A stretch of DNA of 50,914 nt from Armatimonadota bacterium (GCA_046483205.1 JAWODS010000237.1:1-50914); one strand, 5' to 3'. Positions 1 through 8,595 are shown, counted from the stretch's first letter. Numbers and translations are program-made. Notes: generated from the sequence alone by a model not told the origin.

Positions 1-162
1 GAGACAGGGCCTCCGGCGTTGATCCGCCCCGGCTTTGCGAGTACCCCTCGCGGAGAAGCCCTCTTTTGCAGCGGCACGTCACGCTGCAGTCAGGCAGTCC
101 ACAACACGTGTCATTTCAACGGCGCAGGCTTGATCTGCGCCACCCAATGGGAGGGAGATTGT

Positions 163-1671
163 ATGCCACAGAATTACCGGATCGTCCTGGCAGTCGCAGT
201 AATCGCCGTGCTTGTTATTGGCGGGTGTGGCGGAGGTGGAGGAGGGAACGGAACCACACCTGCAGTGCCGGATGTGCCCGATGACCTTGCCGCATCAGAT
301 CCTGAAAAAGTCGAAACGGATGACGACACCGGGCTCGAGGCGGCAAACAATGAATTTCTCGTCGTTTTGAACGCATTAGACGGCCAAAGTGCGGACGATG
401 TCGCCAGCGTCACTAATGCGCAACTGGTTGGAGCAATTCCGGAAATCAATCTGGCACAGTTCCAGTTGCCTGAGGGTTCTGATCTAAAAGATGTGCAGCA
501 GGCTGTCGAAACCGCCCAAGATGACCCGAACGTAGAATTGGCTTCTGCGAATTGGCTGTTGAAATCTTCGCAGTACTATCCGGAGGATGGTTATGGTTTC
601 GAGAGTGGCGATTGGGATATGGACAACCCGGGCGGAAATAACTGGGGGCAGGAGTTTATTCGCCTGCCGTATGCCTGGGATGCATCAACCGGAGAGTCCA
701 CGTGCAAAATAGGCATCATCGATTTCGGGTTTGATGTTAGTCACACTGAACTTGCATCCAACGTAAGTCAGGTCTATCAAATCGGGCTGATAACTCCGCA
801 CGTCACCTCGCAAAAAGGAATTGACCATGGCACACATGTCACCGGCATTGCTGCCGCAGTCGGCAACAACGGGGAAGGCATTTGCGGTGTTGCACATTCG
901 TGCACGGTCGAATGTTACTGGCAATTCGGGTTCGCTGGCCAGGCTGCGAAAGCCCTGGTTGATGCTGCTAACAGCGGCTGTCGGGTGGTTAATTACAGCG
1001 GCGGACTCGCCTGGGACCATCTGCCTGGAGGCACACTCGACGAGGCAAGTCTGACCGTCGTCGAAGGAATTTTGCGTGCCGCTATAGGATACGCGGCAAG
1101 CAAGGGAACACTGTTTGTGCAATCAGCCGGTAACGGTGTGAGCGATCCCAACGGCAATGATGATATAGTTCCCCCTGATTATGGTGTGCCATTCGATGCA
1201 CGCTGGAATGGCGGACCCGGGGCGGAGGATGAGCTCTCAAACTATGTCGTGGTCGGCAACTCGACTCGCGATGCCGCTCTCTACCATAGCAGCAATTTTG
1301 GCCCTAATGTAACAGTCGCTGCGCCGGGAGACGGTATCAAGAGCTGTGTCAGTGGTAACGGCTATGCAACCTACACCGGCACTTCTATGTCGGCACCCTT
1401 TGTCACCGGATTGGCAGCACTGTGCTGGTCTGTTGATCCCTCCCTGACTCCCGGGCAGGTCAAAGATATGCTAATCCAGGGCGCGGAGGCCGCCGGTCAT
1501 TCGCTTGACGGCGGCAATTTCTCCATCATCGATGCCTGGGAAACAGTGCAGCAAATACCAGCTACCGGAAATATCACTATCAGTCAGCTTCAGGAACCAC
1601 TTTTGCAGCCAATTTCACTTCGAACCGCTGATGTGAGCAGATTCGGTCAATTGACAAGGGAGGGTTCATAA
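163..1671 (+). CDS. Secreted subtilisin-family (MEROPS S8) serine peptidase, probable lipoprotein
   Basis: ORF 19..1671. S8 triad motifs are present: IGIIDFGFD (Asp), HGTHVTGIAAAVGN (His) and GTSMSAPFVTGLAAL (Ser). I set the start at ATG 163. It is preceded by GGGAGGGAG and followed by a lipoprotein-type signal (LAVAVIAVLVIGGCGGGG). The 19..162 part begins at TTG and looks non-coding. Confidence 0.85.
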   Translation: MPQNYRIVLAVAVIAVLVIGGCGGGGGGNGTTPAVPDVPDDLAASDPEKVETDDDTGLEAANNEFLVVLNALDGQSADDVASVTNAQLVGAIPEINLAQFQLPEGSDLKDVQQAVETAQDDPNVELASANWLLKSSQYYPEDGYGFESGDWDMDNPGGNNWGQEFIRLPYAWDASTGESTCKIGIIDFGFDVSHTELASNVSQVYQIGLITPHVTSQKGIDHGTHVTGIAAAVGNNGEGICGVAHSCTVECYWQFGFAGQAAKALVDAANSGCRVVNYSGGLAWDHLPGGTLDEASLTVVEGILRAAIGYAASKGTLFVQSAGNGVSDPNGNDDIVPPDYGVPFDARWNGGPGAEDELSNYVVVGNSTRDAALYHSSNFGPNVTVAAPGDGIKSCVSGNGYATYTGTSMSAPFVTGLAALCWSVDPSLTPGQVKDMLIQGAEAAGHSLDGGNFSIIDAWETVQQIPATGNITISQLQEPLLQPISLRTADVSRFGQLTREGS

Positions 1672-3014
1672 TGGATTTGCGACGATTTTCACCGTTGTTG
1701 TGGATTCTTGCAGTCGTTGCTGTCGCAGTTTTTGCTGGCTGCGGGGGGCATTCATCCGGGGGGCCGAGTGCCGGACACCAGACCGTCGCCCCGGAGGGCT
1801 ACGGAACTGTCGAGTTCACCATTGACTGGCCGGAGGAAGTCAATCCGGCATATCTCCCGGCCGAGATGAACCGCGTTGTCATCTTCGTCAGTGCCGAAAA
1901 TATGTCACAGCCACGAGCGTTTATCGCCAACCGGCCTGATACCGGTGGGTCGAGCACGTTCACGGTTGACGGGATACCCTCCGGTCACAGGCGGCTTTTC
2001 AGCGCTCAGGCCAGAAACGTCCCGAATCCGGGCTCACAGAGCACGATTGATGACCCCACGCATTCGCAGCTCGTCGAGGGTGACATCCTTGCCTCCGGAA
2101 CGGCCGGCCCGGTGGATGTGTTGCCCAACGCCGTCATCGATGTGGACATCACCATGGAGCGACCTGCCGCACCGGATCCCGGGGATAGCGATGTGGACGG
2201 AAATATCAACCAGGTTCTCAAAGAATCCTTCCCCTCCGTGGTCGTTTTTGAGCTGTTTCACGACCAGGACGGCAATCCCATCACGGATCTGAATGCCTCC
2301 AACTTTCGTGTGACGGAGGACGGTCAGCCGTGTGTGGTCACCGATGTCCGGACGGCATCGCAGGCTCAGACACCGATATCCGTGAGTCTCGTTCTGGACC
2401 GCAGTCCCAGCATGTCTGGTTCGAACGAGGAACTGGAGGCTGCCGCATCGGAATTCGTCAATCTGATGGGGTCGCAGGATCAGGGCGAAATTGTCAATTT
2501 CGCCTCCGATATCTCAGTTGATCAGACATTCACGACCGATAAACAGCTTCTGCAGAATGCAATCGATAACTGGGATTACCTCGGCGGCTGGACGTCGCTG
2601 CACGACGCCGTGGCGGTGGGGGCTGAAGATGCCTATCATGTCGGGGGACGCTCCGCTGTGGTCGCCATGACCGACGGCGAGGAAAACGAAAGCGACAATT
2701 ACCCCTATCTATCTGATCTGCTGCCTTTTTTGCGGGGGCTGGGAGTTCCCGTCTTCTGCGTCGGACTCGATTCCGCTGACGAGGACGCTCTTGAGCAGAT
2801 CGCGTCGGAAACCGGCGGGCTGTATCACTACGCGCCGGACGCCTCGCAGCTTCAGGACATCTACGAGGCGGTTTCAGGGCAGCTCGAAGGGCAGACCCAG
2901 ATCTTCTTCATCAGTCCCGACCCGACGGTTTCGGGGCGCACGAGGACGGTCGAAGTCACCCTCATCAACTACGGCGGCTTCAGCTTCAGCCGCACGATTG
3001 ACTATACCATGTGA
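1671..3014 (+). CDS. von Willebrand factor type A (vWA) domain lipoprotein
   Basis: N-terminal signal plus lipobox (VAVFAGCGG). MIDAS-type vWA core: SLVLDRSPSMSGS ... WTSLHDAV ... VVAMTDGEENESD. The ATG overlaps the stop of the S8 gene (TAATG). AAGGGAGGG lies 6 nt upstream. Confidence 0.8.
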   Translation: MDLRRFSPLLWILAVVAVAVFAGCGGHSSGGPSAGHQTVAPEGYGTVEFTIDWPEEVNPAYLPAEMNRVVIFVSAENMSQPRAFIANRPDTGGSSTFTVDGIPSGHRRLFSAQARNVPNPGSQSTIDDPTHSQLVEGDILASGTAGPVDVLPNAVIDVDITMERPAAPDPGDSDVDGNINQVLKESFPSVVVFELFHDQDGNPITDLNASNFRVTEDGQPCVVTDVRTASQAQTPISVSLVLDRSPSMSGSNEELEAAASEFVNLMGSQDQGEIVNFASDISVDQTFTTDKQLLQNAIDNWDYLGGWTSLHDAVAVGAEDAYHVGGRSAVVAMTDGEENESDNYPYLSDLLPFLRGLGVPVFCVGLDSADEDALEQIASETGGLYHYAPDASQLQDIYEAVSGQLEGQTQIFFISPDPTVSGRTRTVEVTLINYGGFSFSRTIDYTM

Positions 3015-3102
3015 TAAACACAGTTGAATGGAGCACAGAGCGATCTGAGAGCGAGCCTGACAGATCGCATTGAAGTTACATTGCAGCTTTAGGCTCGCAG
3101 CG

Positions 3103-3143
3103 CAATCCGGTGGGGCCAATAGAATGGTCTCACCGGATTTCTT
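3103..3143 (+). terminator. Possible intrinsic terminator after the vWA gene
   Basis: 9-bp stem AATCCGGTG / CACCGGATT (3103-3111 and 3130-3138) followed by TCTTTG. The loop is large (18 nt) and the U-tract is interrupted, so this is only tentative. Confidence 0.35.
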
Positions 3144-3232
3144 TGTGCGCCACTGCAGCGGCGTGTTTTTCCAAGGAACATTGCCCCGGGCGCGCGAAAA
3201 GAACAGAAGACGAGTGAGGACACAAAGGAGTG

Positions 3233-4240
3233 ATGTCTGTGGCGACAGTGAAATGGGGCATCGTCGGGTGTGGCGATATTGCGCAGAAGGCGGTCGCGCC
3301 CGTGATGACACAGGACGTGCATTCGACGATTACGGCCTTTTGCTCCCACGATCTGCAGCGCGCGCGGGAACTGGCTGACATGTTCGGTGCCGACGCCGCC
3401 TATGATAATTATGAGCAGATGCTGGCCGATGACCGGGTTGAGGCAATATATGTGGCTTCACCGGTGCACCGGCACTGCACTGAGACGGTGCAGGCATGCC
3501 GGGCTCAAAAGCATGTGCTGTGTGAAAAGCCGATGGCGCTGACGACGGATGAGTGTCGGCAAATGATTGAAGCCGCTCACGAGGGCGACGTGCACCTGGA
3601 GATCGCCTACTGCCGGCGCTTTTGGTCCAAAACACAAAAGATGAAGGAGCTTATTTCCGACGGTGCCATCGGCCGCCCGCTGTCTGCGCGCCTGCGGGTG
3701 GGACGGCTGTACAACCCGGCGCCTGACGATTACAAGCACTGGCGCGTGGAGATGGACAAAGCCGGTGGCGGCTCGATGCAGGATGTCGGGAGTCACCGTC
3801 TCGATGTGATGTGCTATCTGCTGGGGGCTCCAGTCCGGGCGGCAGGCCTGTTTGATACTTTCGTAATGGGCTACGAGGTGCCTGATACCGAGACGCTGAT
3901 GTGCCAGTTTGAAGGCGGCACACATCTTGTGGCCGAGGCCAACTGGTGTATCGACAGGATGTATGATGAGTTCGAGGTGCGGGGGAGCAGGGGCACGCTC
4001 CTGGCGACGCCGTTTGACGGCCCGACGCTTCGGCTGGACACGTATGACGGGATCGAGGAGTTCGAGGTGCCCGAGCCGGGGGGATACCGCCACCGCCCGC
4101 TGATCGAGGAGTTCACCGATGCCGTCTCCGAGGGCCGCACGCCTGCATATTCGGGTTATGACGGGATGCTGACGACGGCGATCATCGATTCAGCCATGGA
4201 GAGTTGTGAGAGCGACCAGTGGGTTGACATTGACGTGTAA
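3233..4240 (+). CDS. Gfo/Idh/MocA family NAD(P)-dependent oxidoreductase
   Basis: N-terminal Rossmann signature KWGIVGCGDIAQKAVAPVM, then the family-typical EKPMALT segment. The start is ambiguous: GTG 3230, ATG 3233 or GTG 3239. The AAAGGAG at 3224-3230 is best spaced for 3239. Confidence 0.85.
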   Translation: MSVATVKWGIVGCGDIAQKAVAPVMTQDVHSTITAFCSHDLQRARELADMFGADAAYDNYEQMLADDRVEAIYVASPVHRHCTETVQACRAQKHVLCEKPMALTTDECRQMIEAAHEGDVHLEIAYCRRFWSKTQKMKELISDGAIGRPLSARLRVGRLYNPAPDDYKHWRVEMDKAGGGSMQDVGSHRLDVMCYLLGAPVRAAGLFDTFVMGYEVPDTETLMCQFEGGTHLVAEANWCIDRMYDEFEVRGSRGTLLATPFDGPTLRLDTYDGIEEFEVPEPGGYRHRPLIEEFTDAVSEGRTPAYSGYDGMLTTAIIDSAMESCESDQWVDIDV

Positions 4241-4249
4241 AGTCTGGCG

Positions 4250-6106
4250 TTATTGCCCGGGCTGGTGGCCGAGGCTCCTGATGATGAGCTGATTGATCAT
4301 CGTGCCCAGTCGGGTGGGATCCATCGCTCGTCCGCTCGCCAGCCGGCCCCGGAGGACCACGATTTCAGCGACCTCGCGTGCCATCTGCATTTTGGCTTCT
4401 TTGACCGTCTCGAGGAGCGAGCGGATGACGGGGCAGTCGATATTGAAGTGCAGGATGGTTTGCGGTGTCCCGCTCGATTCCGCCGAAAGTGTCCGCTGCA
4501 GGGCATCTCGAGCTTCTGAGGGGATGGCTCCGCTGACCTGGCTGAGCATAAAGAGCTGCTGAATCTGTGGCCGCATCTCATCATCTTCGACAGCCGTGAG
4601 AATGCCGGGCAGCGACGTGGGCTGGAAGCGTGCGGGCCGCGCCGTCACAGGGGGATCGAGCCCGGCGAACAGATCAACCACCGGCTGATACCGTTCGTCG
4701 GCCACCTCCTCGACCACCGGCCTGCCCGGGGCGTCAATCTTCACCAGTCGCACGGCCGGGTTCATCCGGTCATATTTATGCAAAACCGCCTCATCCAGCC
4801 CGGTGCTGGCATCAATGATCGGGATCTCTCTGTGCCGAAGCGTGCTGTACGACGCTTCGAAGGGGACAGATTGATAGTGGATGATGGCGTCGCCGCCGCG
4901 CTGCTGGACCTCCGCCAGGTACTGCGGGATGGTCCGGGGGCCGTTATTTGTATTGAAGCTCAAGTGATCGACGGCGGTTTCGAAGAAGGCGTCATTTTCC
5001 ATGGCCGCAAGTTTGACAAGCTGATCGTGGCGTTCGGCGACGTGGCTGAACTGGCCCGGGTCCTCCAGCAGCGTGTTTGAAAGATGCCGCAGCAGAAACG
5101 CCTCCAGCCGCTCCCGAAGGCCGGCGATATCCATCCGCGCGGGGCCGGGGCGGGATTCAGGATCTGTATCCAGCACATCCACAATACCCCGGAAAAACCT
5201 CGCCCATGATGGCAGCAGGTCGGGATGATCCTTCTTTACCAGAAGCCTGCGATGATATAGGTCGGCGACACCGAGAGCATCTTCAAACACCCGCAAGTCT
5301 TCCCCCGGAATCCACAAAACTCCCCGCACCTGCAGAGTCCCCTCGTCGATTTTCAGTGGTACCACCAGAAGTGGGGGCGGGCGCTGTGGAAAGTGGCTGC
5401 GCAAAAAGGCGGCATGATCCTCTTTTGTCGAGCCCTCCTGGTGCCACGGCGGAGACATGGTGTTGACCTGCCGGTCCCGCCAGAGAATGGGGAACTGCAG
5501 GTATTCGCCGCATTCACGCAAAAGCTGTGGCAGGTGACCGGGATCACACAACTGCGCAAACTCGCGCTTGAGGTGCAGTTGTATTGTGGTGCCGACGCTG
5601 CTACGATCCCCGGGGCCGGTTTCCAGGGTGTTGTCGCCTGCATATCGCCAGCGCCAGGGCGTGGTGTCATCGCCCTCGGCAAGACTGTCTATAATAATCT
5701 CACGAGAGGCCACCGTGGCCCACAAAACGGCCCGGAGGAATGAGCGAACTGCCTGGTAAATGAGCTCTGCCTCCCGGGCACCGCGGGGGCCGGCCATCCG
5801 CGAGGGTGCCACTGTGCCGAGGGCATCGATTGTCCGCTGGACGTCCTCACGCTCCAGGCCCGGGCCGTCAACGTGGATGCGGAGGGTGCGCGTCTCCGGA
5901 TCGGCATCAACGCGAATACCCAGCCCCATTTCCGATGGTGTGATTCCTTCGGCCGCGGCATGGTGCGCCCGGACGGCATTGGCGTCGGCGGCGTGAGACA
6001 GCAACGCGCGAGCGACCATACCTTCATCACAGCAGAAGTCGTCACAGACAACCTCCATTAAATTCTCCAGATCGACCTGCAGGCGTCGTTGGTCCATGTC
6101 AGCCAT
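4250..6106 (-). CDS. Divergent Hsp90/HtpG-family paralogue with substituted ATPase motifs (putative pseudo-ATPase)
   Basis: Collinear with bacterial HtpG by eye:
- RALLSHAADA (cf. RELISNASDA)
- LRIHVDGPGLEREDV (cf. LTISDNGVGMTRDEV)
- VGTTIQLHLK (cf. RGTEITLHLR)
- LLPSWARFFRGIVD (cf. FMPNYLRFVRGLID)
- ILHFNIDCPVIRSL (cf. IFELNPDHVLVKRA)
I set the start at ATG 6106 (MADMDQ...). It overlaps the upstream stop in ATGGCTGA. The 6107..6256 extension in the track lies inside the upstream gene. Confidence 0.75.
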   Translation of the reverse strand: MADMDQRRLQVDLENLMEVVCDDFCCDEGMVARALLSHAADANAVRAHHAAAEGITPSEMGLGIRVDADPETRTLRIHVDGPGLEREDVQRTIDALGTVAPSRMAGPRGAREAELIYQAVRSFLRAVLWATVASREIIIDSLAEGDDTTPWRWRYAGDNTLETGPGDRSSVGTTIQLHLKREFAQLCDPGHLPQLLRECGEYLQFPILWRDRQVNTMSPPWHQEGSTKEDHAAFLRSHFPQRPPPLLVVPLKIDEGTLQVRGVLWIPGEDLRVFEDALGVADLYHRRLLVKKDHPDLLPSWARFFRGIVDVLDTDPESRPGPARMDIAGLRERLEAFLLRHLSNTLLEDPGQFSHVAERHDQLVKLAAMENDAFFETAVDHLSFNTNNGPRTIPQYLAEVQQRGGDAIIHYQSVPFEASYSTLRHREIPIIDASTGLDEAVLHKYDRMNPAVRLVKIDAPGRPVVEEVADERYQPVVDLFAGLDPPVTARPARFQPTSLPGILTAVEDDEMRPQIQQLFMLSQVSGAIPSEARDALQRTLSAESSGTPQTILHFNIDCPVIRSLLETVKEAKMQMAREVAEIVVLRGRLASGRAMDPTRLGTMINQLIIRSLGHQPGQ

Positions 6107-8375
6107 TTTCACCCTCCGGTGGCAGCGCCCCGATCCACCATTCCCACAAACGCTGCAGCGCCTGGTGTCGGCTTTCGTCCATTGATCGCACCAGTTGGTC
6201 CCACACCCATGACGGCCGGCTGGGAGAGGCGAACGGTTCCTGTGGCTCCCACTCACGGACGCCGGCGGCGGGCCACGGATCCACGTAAATCACGTGCAGA
6301 TTGCGCCCCCGGCCATATTCTCTTTCGCAGAACTCCTGCAGATACGCCTGGTCTTCATCCGCCAGCTCGCCGCCTGCAGAGGGGCGCAGTGCAATCAGGA
6401 TCCAGGCGTCCTCATCGGGGCTGTGCACGAGATAGGTGAAATCAGGCCACGGGCGATCGTGATGATGCTGTGGCGATTCATCTTCAAGGCGGACTCCAAC
6501 CGCCAGCAAACCACTGTGCAGCAGGTGGGTTAAATCAAGACCCGGCGGCACCGAACCGTAGTCGCTGCGCCCGAGTGTTTCGCGGAAATGGAAGGTCAAA
6601 AGCTCCCGGATAACTCCGGCGGCGGCCGAGGCGATGTCGCGGGCAAGCTGTTCGAAAAACTGCCGTGCGGGGATGTTGGTCTCCGGCCCGGCGGCCACAA
6701 AGGGGACCCACCGGCGAATGTCAATAACGGCTGTGTCCGCCTGCCCGGTTTCCCCGGGCTCGTCGTCGAAAGCTCGCTTCAGGAGGATGTGACCTTCGGT
6801 CGGCACCTCGTCGGGGGTGGCGATATCGGCCCGCACGACCGTGTCGCGATGGCTCAAACAGCGGCGCGGTCCCGGCGCCCGGTGGATGGTAACGGCGCCG
6901 GAGGCAGCAGTATTTTGCAACACCGCCCTCCAGTTCACCCCATCCGGGCCCATCGGCCGAAGCCCCTCACGGCCGGTGGAGGGGGAGGGCGGCAGGCGCA
7001 ACACTTTCTGAAGCTGCTCGGCAACAGCCCCGGAGAAGGTGTAGGAGGTGTCAGTTTCAGACATCTGGTGCCGCATGAACCGCGCCTCATCACGCCTCGC
7101 CCGCCGGATGCTGTCGATCTGTTCAGAGCTGATGGCGGACAGCCGGTTATGGGTCTGAGCGAGGATGGCCGGTATGTTGGAGACGAGGCGCATGATCGCC
7201 GGGTCCTCGAAAATTTCACGGGCAGTGGTCAGGGCGTCGCTGGCCGCGAGAATGCTCTCCACGATCGCATCCCCCGGTCGTATGGCCACCGGCTCGCGGT
7301 CTCCGCGCATGTAAAGCACGGGAGCCAGTACATCAGCCGTCGAGGCCCCGCTACTTTCTCGCAGGTATGTGCGCGCCCTTGCCACCGCCACATCCACAGG
7401 CTTGCTGGTACCGAGGGTTGCATAGAATCGCTCGACAAACGGCAGGATTCCGGTTTTCACCGCGGGCTGTCCCTGGCAGGTGATCACCGCACCGACCGGC
7501 AGGTGCTGCATCAACTGCTCCGCAAATTCACACCCGGCGGTTGGCGAGCCCGGAGTGCTGAGGAATATCAACTGCAGTTCTGAAAAGCCGCCGTTGGTGA
7601 GACCAGCGGCAAATTCACCAGCGCTCACCGTCCCCTGCGGCAGCACCAGGCGCGGACTGTCCCTGTCGGCCTTCCCGATGACATGCAGCACCTGCACGCT
7701 CTGCTCCGCGATGTGAGCGAGCTGTGCCTGCAGACGATCCGCAGTGGCCGCATAGCGCATGTCTGTAAGCTCGATGCTGGGCAGCCGGCGGCGAACAATC
7801 GCGTCATATTCGGACGCGGCCTGGCGCTCCGCCGGGAGGACGTGTCGGGGGAGGAGAGAAATGGGTGCGACCCGCCACACACCGACGGGCGGGACGTGCT
7901 GGCCGACGTGCGGCGACAGGGGATTCGGTGGTTCCGGAACGTACCGGGCCAGCGCAAGGGGATTAAGCGCCTCGCCCATGAGCGCTTCCAGCGGGCAGCC
8001 GGGAAACGTAAACGGGCGCCCACCACAGGTATGGACTGCCACCCTGGGGGGAAGGACGTCGGCGTCCTCCACGGCCCGGCGGTACACTGTCAGTGCCTCT
8101 GTGTTATCCCCCCACAGCCACTGCCCCACAACATCTTCTGAGACATCCGGTGACAGCATGGGGGTTTGCTCGAGAATATGCTCAAGCGTCATGTCCAGGG
8201 TCCGCTCCCCGAGGTCCAGCCACTGCGCCCCTGTATCGAGGATGAAGCGGGCGCTTATCTGCGCAACATCGCCGTCACACGGGGGGCCGTCGTACTCGTA
8301 GCTGCATTTGTCGTCGCCGTACTGACTGCAGCGTCCGGACCCGAAGCAGATTGTGATACGCACCGCTTCCAGCAT
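6099..8375 (-). CDS. Large (758 aa) hypothetical protein with a central CHAT-like (caspase-fold) region lacking the expected His/Cys
   Basis: Long intact ORF starting at ATG 8375. Residues ~165-345 follow the CHAT pattern: ...ATADRLQAQLAHIAEQSVQVLHVIGKA ... LQLIFLSTPGS ... VGAVITCQGQPAVKTGILPFVERFYATLGTSKPVDVAVARARTYL. The HxxGH position reads HVIGK and the LSaC position reads LSTP. The N-terminal ~60 aa are Cys-rich. I could not assign the C-terminal ~400 aa. Confidence 0.6.
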   Translation of the reverse strand: MLEAVRITICFGSGRCSQYGDDKCSYEYDGPPCDGDVAQISARFILDTGAQWLDLGERTLDMTLEHILEQTPMLSPDVSEDVVGQWLWGDNTEALTVYRRAVEDADVLPPRVAVHTCGGRPFTFPGCPLEALMGEALNPLALARYVPEPPNPLSPHVGQHVPPVGVWRVAPISLLPRHVLPAERQAASEYDAIVRRRLPSIELTDMRYAATADRLQAQLAHIAEQSVQVLHVIGKADRDSPRLVLPQGTVSAGEFAAGLTNGGFSELQLIFLSTPGSPTAGCEFAEQLMQHLPVGAVITCQGQPAVKTGILPFVERFYATLGTSKPVDVAVARARTYLRESSGASTADVLAPVLYMRGDREPVAIRPGDAIVESILAASDALTTAREIFEDPAIMRLVSNIPAILAQTHNRLSAISSEQIDSIRRARRDEARFMRHQMSETDTSYTFSGAVAEQLQKVLRLPPSPSTGREGLRPMGPDGVNWRAVLQNTAASGAVTIHRAPGPRRCLSHRDTVVRADIATPDEVPTEGHILLKRAFDDEPGETGQADTAVIDIRRWVPFVAAGPETNIPARQFFEQLARDIASAAAGVIRELLTFHFRETLGRSDYGSVPPGLDLTHLLHSGLLAVGVRLEDESPQHHHDRPWPDFTYLVHSPDEDAWILIALRPSAGGELADEDQAYLQEFCEREYGRGRNLHVIYVDPWPAAGVREWEPQEPFASPSRPSWVWDQLVRSMDESRHQALQRLWEWWIGALPPEGENG

Positions 8376-8499
8376 TACTCAGTCCCTTATACCGTCCGTG
8401 CTCACCGTTATCGGTTAAAGGTCATGCACAACATTGTGTCTTTTCGCCGGCGGGTTGCATTTCTCCTGCGTCCCCCACGCTTCTCCGGGCGCCACGGAC

Positions 8500-8528
8500 T
8501 TGGCATAATAAAGCCGGGGATGTATAAT
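8500..8528 (+). promoter_or_regulatory. Near-consensus sigma70-type promoter for the activase gene
   Basis: TTGGCA (8500-8505), a 17-bp spacer, then TATAAT (8523-8528). It lies in the divergent spacer ~70 nt upstream of ATG 8596. The -35 has one mismatch to TTGACA and the -10 is perfect. Confidence 0.5.
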
Positions 8529-8537
8529 TATTATCCT

Positions 8538-8563
8538 ATGCCTCCCTACAGGGGGCATTTTTT
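8538..8563 (+). promoter_or_regulatory. 5' leader stem-loop followed by a U-run (attenuator-like or mRNA-stabilising hairpin)
   Basis: ATGCCTCCC-TACA-GGGGGCAT forms 8 bp with one bulged T, followed by TTTTT (8559-8563). It lies between the predicted -10 and the GGGAGGA ribosome-binding site at 8582-8588. Confidence 0.35.
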
Positions 8564-8595
8564 GGAGAAACAGCATTATCCGGGAGGACCAAGAT

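Noticed and set aside
19-162. N-terminal extension of the first S8 ORF (TTG start at 19).
   Set aside because: The extension has no signal-peptide character. ATG 163 has a strong GGGAGGGAG site upstream and is followed immediately by a lipoprotein signal.
6107-6256. 50-codon N-terminal extension of the Hsp90-like ORF.
   Set aside because: It lies inside the upstream gene in another frame and is Arg/Cys/Gly-rich. HtpG similarity begins right after Met at 6106.
6588-7583. 331-aa ORF on the plus strand, plus several 60-180-aa ORFs between 6089 and 8639.
   Set aside because: All are antisense to or overlap the 758-aa gene. The minus-strand frame is the only one open for 2.3 kb, and it has a start/stop overlap with the downstream gene.
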